A DNA stretch of 64,000 bases from positions 1,824,001 to 1,888,000 of the forward strand of contig OY820905.2 of the NCBI GenBank assembly GCA_963555755.3. Direction: 5' to 3'. Shown here one piece after another: positions 41,710 through 49,727 of the stretch. Both the position numbers and the translations under genes were made by a program. Source of the DNA: Nitrospirales bacterium. Lineage in GTDB: Bacteria > Nitrospirota > Nitrospiria > Nitrospirales > UBA8639. The notes beneath the pieces were generated by a model. That model was not told the DNA's origin and made no database searches. It was given only the letters and a program-made list of their open reading frames with translations. Positions within the stretch are counted from its first letter, which is position 1; every line of letters begins with the position of its first letter.

Positions 41710-41912
41710 ACCATGGCAACTTGCCGGGTAATCCTTCGGGAGGTTCAGGACGAACGTGGTGCCGTGTCAGTCACCAGGTTGGGGAAAGTCAGTTCGTCCT
41801 TCGGCAGGCCTGCCTGAGCGAGGCCACGGGAATCAGAAAAAGCCCATGAGGGCCGCGATCACAACGGTAGCCGAAAGGATCAGATATTGCGAGCTGGCGT
41901 TTTTGGGCTCAA
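41710..41912 (+). ncRNA. candidate structured non-coding RNA
   Basis: GC-rich multi-stem island in an AT-rich intergenic region, with C(UUCG)G and C(GAAA)G tetraloops; family not recognised. Confidence 0.45.
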
Positions 41913-42208
41913 GAAACCTACAGTTATTGATATTCTTAAACCGATCCCCTCCCAAACAAACAATTTTTCAGTTTTTCATACAATACTCATTCATAGTATT
42001 GGGAAAACCTTGATTTCAACCGTAAAACAAAAAAATGCAAGTTGGATCATAACAATTCGCTCAACCTCTTGCCGCGTCTGACATAATAAAAAAATGTCTT
42101 ATGACAATCAAGGTCATCCAGATTTTTTTTATTTCACCATGCCCAGCAATATCTTACACAGCTGGTTTTCACCCAACTACCGTTTCTAGGTTAAAACCGA
42201 CAAGCAAT

Positions 42209-42422
42209 GGGACTGTTGAATATTTCACTCAAATGGCAAATAAATGCCCAAGAGGAGACAGCCATCAGTAGCTGAAGGGAATGTTCAAAAAAGCATGCCC
42301 TGAGTCCTTCCGAAGGGTCTATCCAGCAAGGCCGCAGCCCTTTTGACGCGCGGAGCGTACATGGAGTACGTGAGCACGGCAAAAGGGCGAGAACGCCGCT
42401 GGCGGCTTTTTTCAACATTCCC
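42209..42422. mobile_element. MITE-like element, family E (inner copy 42277-42422 plus an extra outer TIR)
   Basis: GGGAATGTTCAAAAAAG / CTTTTTTCAACATTCCC; extra GGGACTGTTGAA end at 42209. Confidence 0.8.
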
Positions 42423-42540
42423 GCAATCGATATATGGTAATTGAGCAAAAAGAACCCTGGCAGCCCATTTTTAATTGGGCCACCAGGGTTTTTACCTGCT
42501 TTATGATCTACCAAAAAGACTTATGAAAATTCAGCTGTCT

Positions 42541-43494
42541 TTACGGCATTTTGGCTGTGAACCAGGTGGAGATACCCTTCATGCCATTCCGTTCGACATT
42601 CTGGCCATCCCACACTGCAAATGCTATTGGCAAACTTTGTCCCGAACGGAACTGCACATCGTTCGGATCATTTGTCGTCAATGAGCGCTTCATCACGACC
42701 CGCCAGGTTGGTCCGCTACAGCAACCACCCTTTAAGGCACCATATGGTTCCCATAACCCGTTACCCAACACATCTTGCGATGCTTGCGTCGTCAACGTAC
42801 TGAAACCAGTGGCATTCAAATCTTCCACGGAACTATTCCGCATGTCCGGATCAGACATAATGTTGCCTGACCAAATCCCAGGATTGAATGGCCCAAGGCT
42901 CCGTCCAATACGGTCTGGATAGGTCACACCACCCGCTGGTTCTTCATAATAGAAGTCCCATGCGATGGAAGGATATTGATCATCCACATCCCACATCCCA
43001 GCGACGCCACGACCCATGTCCTTTTGCCATTCCGCATTCCAGCGCCAGATGTTGACGGTTCCACCGGATTGCCCCATACATTGAAATGGTGGCGCACCAG
43101 AGGTTTGAACCGGGAATTGCACCGCAATTTGGTCACGAAAATCTTGTGGCCCAATAGTGGTGTTATTAAGGGTTTGATCACCCCAGTTAGCCCACACCGC
43201 GATCTCCTTACCATTGGTGGCTATCTTAACCATCACGGTTTTCACGGAGATATTTGGATGCATAGGTGTGGTAATGGTTTGGCCACTCAACGGCACCACA
43301 ATGCCCGGCACGGTTTCCCAAACGGGATTGGCCGCGTCCATTGGGATGGAGCCGCTAATCGTGCCCACCGGAATGGTGACCGGTTGGCTGACTGCGAGAG
43401 GCACCTGCCCGAGCGTCAACATGACACCAACTGCCAGGGCAGAGAGTAAAATGCCGAACACCAGTCCTTTGTTACGCGTCTGCACCACTCTCAT
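42541..43494 (-). CDS. DMSO-reductase type II heme-b subunit (EbdC/EB_dh family; NxrC-like candidate)
   Basis: N-terminal TM/signal; FRDQIAVQFP, CMGQ, VNIWRWNAEWQ, WRVVMKRSL, FAVWDG..ERNGMK. Confidence 0.9.
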   Translation of the reverse strand: MRVVQTRNKGLVFGILLSALAVGVMLTLGQVPLAVSQPVTIPVGTISGSIPMDAANPVWETVPGIVVPLSGQTITTPMHPNISVKTVMVKIATNGKEIAVWANWGDQTLNNTTIGPQDFRDQIAVQFPVQTSGAPPFQCMGQSGGTVNIWRWNAEWQKDMGRGVAGMWDVDDQYPSIAWDFYYEEPAGGVTYPDRIGRSLGPFNPGIWSGNIMSDPDMRNSSVEDLNATGFSTLTTQASQDVLGNGLWEPYGALKGGCCSGPTWRVVMKRSLTTNDPNDVQFRSGQSLPIAFAVWDGQNVERNGMKGISTWFTAKMP

Positions 43495-43590
43495 AATGAC
43501 GCATCCTCCTTTAATGAAAGATTAAAACTAAATGACTGCGGACTAAAAAACTCTTCCAATGAAAGAACACTCACTACTTTTGGACAACAA

Positions 43591-44559
43591 TTAAGCGGTC
43601 CCTGACTTACCTTGATCCTGCTCTTTATCAAGGTAAACCTGTGCGCCGACTTCATTCATCAAGAGACTTAACTCATTCCCTTTGTCCTGCGCACCACATT
43701 CAAACGACTGGCCTTCAGGATTGCTATGGATAGCAGGACGATAGTCCGTTTCTGAATACTTCTGCGGACTCACTGAAAGAAAATGTATTTCAAAATCTAC
43801 CCAGGCAGTCGTCAAGTCAGCAATACATTTATATAACCCATAATCGGCTTTATTCTTGAGCATTTCAGAAAAGAGTGGAACCCATCGTCCTATATGTTCC
43901 TTCACAAATTTCTTTTCTGCGTCAACAACGGTTTGAACTTTTTCAGGTCCGTCATGACACAATGCGTAGGATTCTTTATAGGCCAGGTAATGTAAAAACT
44001 CCAGTTCTACGGCTAAATGATCAAGGCGTTCATGAATGTCTTGTGATAACTGAAGTCCAAAGGCTGTATAGAAGCCGGAAATGTCACCCATGACATACGA
44101 TTGCCCAAACACATGGTCATTGCCAAACAAGGTTTCGTAAGGGGGACAATCTAACGCAATGACATTACTAAACACCCGACGATGTTCATCTCGCAGGTCC
44201 TGCACACTCCAGTTTACGCCCTCAGATGAAGTCCAATTTTCAACTTCATCAAAGTGCTTGGCAATCGCATCCAAGCTCTCTTGGGCTTCCTCTCCCCCAT
44301 GACTCTCTAAGACGGACCGCAGGCTTTCAAGAGCAGCCCTTCCATCTTCGACAAATTCGCCGCTTTGGAGATATTCCAAAAACTCATCGTCTTCGGGATA
44401 GAGGTAACTCCATGATAACAACAGATATATTTTGCTTCTGGAAAGAGCGCGTTCAACAGCAGGGGAATCTTTTAAAGGTGAGACCGCAGAGGTGGCAGTA
44501 TTTGGATGGCTTGCCGTGCCATTTACTTCATTTTGATCTTCTTTTAATTTTGTCGCCAT
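43591..44559 (-). CDS. TorD/DmsD-family molybdoenzyme maturation chaperone
   Basis: PPYET, ISGFYTAFGL, ERLDHLAVELEFL, F..EHIGRW. Confidence 0.92.
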   Translation of the reverse strand: MATKLKEDQNEVNGTASHPNTATSAVSPLKDSPAVERALSRSKIYLLLSWSYLYPEDDEFLEYLQSGEFVEDGRAALESLRSVLESHGGEEAQESLDAIAKHFDEVENWTSSEGVNWSVQDLRDEHRRVFSNVIALDCPPYETLFGNDHVFGQSYVMGDISGFYTAFGLQLSQDIHERLDHLAVELEFLHYLAYKESYALCHDGPEKVQTVVDAEKKFVKEHIGRWVPLFSEMLKNKADYGLYKCIADLTTAWVDFEIHFLSVSPQKYSETDYRPAIHSNPEGQSFECGAQDKGNELSLLMNEVGAQVYLDKEQDQGKSGTA

Positions 44560-44812
44560 AGACTACCTCTCAAATTCCTCATCCGGAATAGTCTTAGCTT
44601 CTCCGCCCAACATCAGAGCTCACAACACTATCTACCCTCGCTAAAGGGAGGCCAGATAATAGGTGAACTCTATGGCGAAGTCAAGATCTAATTCCGGCAT
44701 ATCGGACCAAAAATGTAGAATTTCGTCTTGTTTTTGATGAATTTTCAGACAGGAACCCAACCTTAAAACACAACTCCTTCCTTTTTCCTTATTATCGAGA
44801 TTTTCATACAAC

Positions 44813-45460
44813 CTACAAGTCCTTGATTTGGTTAAACGATCGCATGGGCGAAACCTTAATGGCAAGACGATCATTCACACTTCCACAGACATATTCACAA
44901 ATACCACACCCCACGCATCGTGCTTCATCAATGGTGATGGTAAATGATGAAAAATCCATTTGAATCGCCTCCGTTGGGCACTTGGACACACAGGCGTGAC
45001 ACCCTGCTGGGGCAGTGCATAGTCGATGATTAACCCTGGCTATTCCCATATTGACATCAGTAATTGGGCCATTGATGGGTAGCAGCGCCTCTGTCTCACA
45101 TACCGTGATGCATGGAAGATCCTCACAGACATAACAGGGGGTGTGATCGGGAAAAATTTCAGGCCGTTCATCTTGCTTAGAGACCTGAATGCTGTCATGT
45201 GGGCACACATCAACACAGTCCCCGCATGCGGTGCACCGTTCAAGAAATAGCGACTCGTTCACAGCACCCGGAGGTCGCAACCAATCGGTCCGAACTGGAT
45301 CAGTGTGTTCTTCTTGAGGAGGTTTAGCATCACGATGTTTGATAAACTCGTGAACCGTCATTCCCAAAGAGACGGCCGACTGCTTTAAAAAATTGCGCCG
45401 TCCGTAGACTGGTTCAGTATCCGTTGATTTTCGGCCGGAAAATCGGCTCATAAATGACAT
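44813..45460 (-). CDS. NapF/MauM-like poly[4Fe-4S] ferredoxin
   Basis: GRRNFL, LRPPGA, CTACGDCVDVCP, further Cys clusters, CVGCGICEYVC. Confidence 0.9.
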   Translation of the reverse strand: MSFMSRFSGRKSTDTEPVYGRRNFLKQSAVSLGMTVHEFIKHRDAKPPQEEHTDPVRTDWLRPPGAVNESLFLERCTACGDCVDVCPHDSIQVSKQDERPEIFPDHTPCYVCEDLPCITVCETEALLPINGPITDVNMGIARVNHRLCTAPAGCHACVSKCPTEAIQMDFSSFTITIDEARCVGCGICEYVCGSVNDRLAIKVSPMRSFNQIKDL

Positions 45461-45541
45461 TTACCTGACACTCCCGCCATTCAACCCTGCACCACAACAA
45501 AATAAAACCAGGCAAGCGACCGACCAAATGTATTCAGCTCC

Positions 45542-46540
45542 CTAGACCACCCCAGCAGCCCGAAGCTTGTACACTTCGACGCAACGATCACAGGCTCCAT
45601 ACATGGTATCCCAGCCTGGATGATTTTCTCGAATAAAATCGAGGACGTACGGTTCGAGATTTTCATCTAAATCCTCCACCCAGGAATAGGTGGGAAAGCG
45701 ACAAAGCGGGCAAGGAAAGCCCGGCGTGAGTATGGGTTTTGTGGGTACATCAGGAACCTCGCTGTCGCCAACCTCAACAGCACGCTCGATGACTCGACCA
45801 GTATCTTGAGCCATTTCAACGAGTTCAGCATGGGTGAAGTAATCGGTTCCCCACAGTCCTTCGAACACGGATTCCACTTGAGTCGCAGGTATTTTTCGAT
45901 ACCACGACCGAAATTCTCGCAACCGATATTCACGAGTGAACATAGGTTCTTTGCCCGATTGCGCAATCCGACTATCGATGTGCAGACTCCACAAAACTCG
46001 ATATCGATTAAGAATAAGATGCTCTTCCCCTGGATTCAACCCGACTTTCGTGTCAGGGTCATAGCCATACGCCGGATCCAACATATCGGAAATGTGCGTG
46101 AGTTCATGGCGAAGGTATCGATTAATCGCTGGATCATAGAACCGACGGGGAACCAATTTAATACCCACCCCCCTGAGCCCTTTTTCCTCAAACTTCCGCG
46201 CAAGCTTCGCTTCGACAATGCCCCATTTTCGAAGGATGTCCACCCCTTCCTGGTCCTCTTTGAGCACGCCACGCACCAAGACAATACCAATTTTCTCTTC
46301 TAAATCTGGGAATTCCTTAAACCCATCACGGAGAATATCGGCAAACCCCCATTTGGCAAACAAATATTGATACAACGTTTTAAATTCCGGTTCGCGATCA
46401 TCAAGAGCAAACTTTTCATAAATGGGGTCAGCCACTTCATGAAACTCATTAAAATAGGTAGGGTCCCCTTCCCGTTCGGTTTTTTCAGCGAACGAGTCAA
46501 TGACTTCTTGAAGAAGGGCTGGTTGAAAGCGTGTTTCCAT
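45542..46540 (-). CDS. conserved hypothetical protein with HExxH and C-terminal CxxC...CxxC
   Basis: RHELTHISD; CPLC ... CDRC; AAGGAG RBS. Confidence 0.8.
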   Translation of the reverse strand: METRFQPALLQEVIDSFAEKTEREGDPTYFNEFHEVADPIYEKFALDDREPEFKTLYQYLFAKWGFADILRDGFKEFPDLEEKIGIVLVRGVLKEDQEGVDILRKWGIVEAKLARKFEEKGLRGVGIKLVPRRFYDPAINRYLRHELTHISDMLDPAYGYDPDTKVGLNPGEEHLILNRYRVLWSLHIDSRIAQSGKEPMFTREYRLREFRSWYRKIPATQVESVFEGLWGTDYFTHAELVEMAQDTGRVIERAVEVGDSEVPDVPTKPILTPGFPCPLCRFPTYSWVEDLDENLEPYVLDFIRENHPGWDTMYGACDRCVEVYKLRAAGVV

Positions 46541-46593
46541 AAATCAACTCCTTAGTACTCGACAACGAACGAAAAATTTGGCCCATCCACTTA

Positions 46594-46771
46594 GGACCTG
46601 AGAGAAAATACCTTGGGCATATCGCGCCAAGATTTGGGTCGGATTTGGACGGAACGATTGAGAAACACCCGAGGCATAGCACAGCTATGGTGTAGGTGTG
46701 TCGATTGAGGCCCGTTCAAAGATGGCCCGAAGATTGGATGCGAGATGTCCAAGTTATTTTCTCTCAGGTCC
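46594..46771. mobile_element. MITE-like element, family D
   Basis: TIR GGACCTGAGAGAAAATA; perfect TTA duplication. Confidence 0.9.
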
Positions 46772-46961
46772 TTAACAATTTCACGACCCAAAAACCAGTC
46801 GTCATTCTGCGTATAACGCCTTGATATACTTAACCTTGACGCCACGTTTCGTCGCTAGCTAGTATCTCTTCGGGGCCATGTTAAAGCCATTATAGTCACC
46901 CCTACTTTTCATTCGCAAGGAACATACTGACGCATTCAATCAGCGAAAGGACTACCCTCAT

Positions 46962-48077
46962 ATGGATCACATGAACCTATCTTCTGTCGGCACTGAACCG
47001 ACCCATCAGCCCATGCAGCCCATGGAACAACCATCACCCCTCCCACCACCTATTGATGCCCTGAGCTATTGGAAGGCCGGCACGCATGAGGTCAAAACAT
47101 TCCGTGGACATTCGCAAGGAGTGTGGAGCGTGGGGTATTCCCCGGACGGTCTCACCTTAGCCAGTGGAGGCGCCGATCGACATCTCCGACTCTGGGAGAT
47201 AGAGACAGGACGGCTGATTCGATCTCTTCGAGGGCATACACATGATATCCGGCAAGTCGCCTTCAGCCCGGATGGACAAATTCTCGCAACGGCCAGTGAA
47301 GATCGCACGATTCGCCTATGGAATCCCCAGACAGGCGAAACCACCAGGCTTCTCTTTACACGCTATGATCATGCGGTGTGCAGCATCTCGTTTTCCCCCG
47401 ATGGACTCATGTTAGCTCGTGCCGGACAAAATAAGGATATTAAAATTTGGGAGGTGACTACGGGGACAGAACTCATGTCCCTCCTCGGAAAAGATCAATA
47501 TGACCACAATTGGACCGTCTGTACCGCATTCTCACCCGATGGGATTCATCTTGTTGGGGGAAGCGACATTGGAAAGTTGAAGCTATACGAAGTCCTTCCC
47601 AGTGGTGAAGAAATAACCGTATGTCTTGGGCATTGGCTAGACGAACCCGATGATGAAGAAACCGAACATCGCGGTTTTTTTGTTGACGATCATGGTGGGT
47701 TCCAAAAGCCCATGGAATATTGGATCGGAGCCATTATCTTTTCGCAGGACGGAAAGCAGATTATCACAGGAGGACGAGACGCCACGCTTAAATATTGGGA
47801 CGTGCCAGACATGAAAGAAATCCGAACGGTGAAGGGGCATACGGAATGGATTCGATGCCTGATCCTCTCCCCGGACGGAAAGATGCTCGTGAGCGCCAGC
47901 GAGGACCACACCATCAAAATGTGGAATGTAGAAACAGGGCGGCAGGTTCAAACTCTAAAGGGACACACCGGAGGCGTTCGGGGCATTTCATTTTCTCCGG
48001 ACGGACGATATTTAGCCAGCGCGTCGTACGATCGAACGGTTCGGCTTTGGAAAGGTGGCGAGACATTTGACGATTAG
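46962..48077 (+). CDS. WD40-repeat protein
   Basis: Seven GH...V..FSPDG..LAS.S.D.T..LW repeats. Confidence 0.95.
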   Translation: MDHMNLSSVGTEPTHQPMQPMEQPSPLPPPIDALSYWKAGTHEVKTFRGHSQGVWSVGYSPDGLTLASGGADRHLRLWEIETGRLIRSLRGHTHDIRQVAFSPDGQILATASEDRTIRLWNPQTGETTRLLFTRYDHAVCSISFSPDGLMLARAGQNKDIKIWEVTTGTELMSLLGKDQYDHNWTVCTAFSPDGIHLVGGSDIGKLKLYEVLPSGEEITVCLGHWLDEPDDEETEHRGFFVDDHGGFQKPMEYWIGAIIFSQDGKQIITGGRDATLKYWDVPDMKEIRTVKGHTEWIRCLILSPDGKMLVSASEDHTIKMWNVETGRQVQTLKGHTGGVRGISFSPDGRYLASASYDRTVRLWKGGETFDD

Positions 48078-48082
48078 GGCTT

Positions 48083-48266
48083 AGAATTGTAACTACTCAG
48101 GTGGATAGGCCGAAGGCTAAAGGCTGAAGGCTTTTATAGGAAGCAATCACGCGTGCAAAACCTCGGACATTATAAGTATTAGCCTCCAGTCTTCAGCCTT
48201 TATCCTTCAGTCTTTAGCCTTTAGCCTTCAGCCTTCGGCCTATCCACCTCAGTAGTTTCGAATTCT
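48083..48266. repeat. Palindromic element built of inverted heptamer arrays (CTGAAGG / CCTTCAG)
   Basis: Left arm aactactcaggtggataggccgaaggctaaaggctgaagg; right arm about 9 heptamers followed by cctatccacctcagtagtt; lies between two convergent stop codons. Confidence 0.8.
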
Positions 48267-49727
48267 TTATTCTTCCTGGGCCTCTGATTCCTTCGGATCA
48301 GATATTCCGTAGCGCTTACACTTCTCCCAGAGGGCTTTGCGAGACAAGCCAAGGGCTTTCGCTGTACCGGTTCGGCTCCAATCCCCACGATTGAGTAATT
48401 CCAGGACATATTCACGTTCAAATTGCTCTCGGGCTTCCGCAAGGGTTCCACCCGTTGACACCGTCAAAGACAGAGTGGATCGTGTCTGGCCTCTACTCAG
48501 CCCTTCCTGACAGAATCCACACCACTCCTGAACGGGTCCACCTAAAAACGGACACCCTTGATGCCCGCAAAGATCCCACACCTCAATTTCTTTCCGGTCC
48601 TGGGACAAGGCCACAGCCCGCTCGATGGTATTTTCTAATTCCCGAACATTGCCCGGAAAAGAATACCGCAACAAGACTTCCTTCGATTGAGGCGAAAACC
48701 CTTTGGCCGCACAGTTGTTCCGGGCAAGGCAAACCTTTAATGAATGATCCCCCAACACCAAAATATCTTCTTTTCGTTCCCGCAAGGGAGGCAACCGCAC
48801 TTCCAAAACATGAAGCCGATAATACAGATCCTCCCGAAACCGTCCTTCTTCGACTTCTTTTTTCAAATCTTTTTGCGTCGCACACACCAGCCGAACATCG
48901 CTTTCAATCGTTTCCATCCCCCCGACTCGTTCAAATTGCCGTTCCTGAATCACCCGCAAGAGCTTCACCTGCACCAGTGAGGAAATTTCTCCGATTTCAT
49001 CTAAAAACAGCGTGCCTTTATGCGCCAATTCAAACCGCCCCCGACGCTGTTTGACCGCACCAGTAAACGCGCCTTTTTCATGGCCAAATAATTCCGCTTC
49101 AAGAAGGGTTTCCGGCAACGCCGCGCAACTGACTTTGATCAACGCGTGTTCCCGACGGGGACTGTTGCGATGAATAGCATTCGCAAACACTTCCTTGCCG
49201 GTTCCACTTTCTCCCATGATCAGGACCGTCGCATCAGTTGTCGACATGAGTTTCACTTTTTCGATCACATGCCGCATCTGTTCATTTTTGCCCACAATGC
49301 CCTCAAAACTAAACTTGCCTTCTAATTCCTGCCGCAGCGAGATATTTTCCTGGCGCAGCGCCACGACTTTGGTGGCACGATCCACGGTCAATAACAGTTC
49401 ATCCATGGAGAAGGGCTTGGTGATGTAATCATAGGCGCCCAGCTTCATGGCTTGGACAGCCGTTTCCACCGAACCGTGCGCAGTGATCACAATCACTTCC
49501 GTATCCGGAGAACTCTCCTTGCAAGCTTGGACCACTTGCAGACCATCGCTTCCAGGCATGCGCAAATCCGTGATGACAAGATCGTATCGCCTTGCCCGAA
49601 CCTGCTTGACACCTCCATCGCCCGTCGAGGCGGCCTGAACGTCATAACCTACCGCCTTGAGCGCATCCGCCATGGACAGGCGCATGAGCGGTTCGTCATC
49701 AATAATCAACACCGAACGGTCGCTCAT
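48267..49727 (-). CDS. Sigma54-dependent response regulator (NtrC family)
   Basis: REC domain (DLRMPG), [30 protein letters not shown]-terminal Fis-type HTH. Confidence 0.96.
   Translation of the reverse strand: MSDRSVLIIDDEPLMRLSMADALKAVGYDVQAASTGDGGVKQVRARRYDLVITDLRMPGSDGLQVVQACKESSPDTEVIVITAHGSVETAVQAMKLGAYDYITKPFSMDELLLTVDRATKVVALRQENISLRQELEGKFSFEGIVGKNEQMRHVIEKVKLMSTTDATVLIMGESGTGKEVFANAIHRNSPRREHALIKVSCAALPETLLEAELFGHEKGAFTGAVKQRRGRFELAHKGTLFLDEIGEISSLVQVKLLRVIQERQFERVGGMETIESDVRLVCATQKDLKKEVEEGRFREDLYYRLHVLEVRLPPLRERKEDILVLGDHSLKVCLARNNCAAKGFSPQSKEVLLRYSFPGNVRELENTIERAVALSQDRKEIEVWDLCGHQGCPFLGGPVQEWCGFCQEGLSRGQTRSTLSLTVSTGGTLAEAREQFEREYVLELLNRGDWSRTGTAKALGLSRKALWEKCKRYGISDPKESEAQEE

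Noticed and set aside
41710..41912. Cobalamin riboswitch upstream of the B12 radical SAM
   Set aside because: The AGGGAA and GCCACTG/B12-box pattern is missing on the coding strand, and the tetraloops point to the opposite strand. It is kept only as an unknown ncRNA candidate.
44813..45460. Tat-exported ferredoxin (RRNFL)
   Set aside because: No hydrophobic h-region follows the twin arginines. NapF-like proteins have this motif but remain cytoplasmic, so export is not claimed.
46775..46960. Sigma54 -24/-12 promoter for the accessory operon
   Set aside because: No TGGCAC-N5-TTGC match with correct spacing was found by eye here or upstream of the radical SAM gene.
48100..48245. CRISPR array
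   Set aside because: These are 7-bp tandem units without unique spacers; there are no cas genes or repeat-spacer arrays anywhere in the window.
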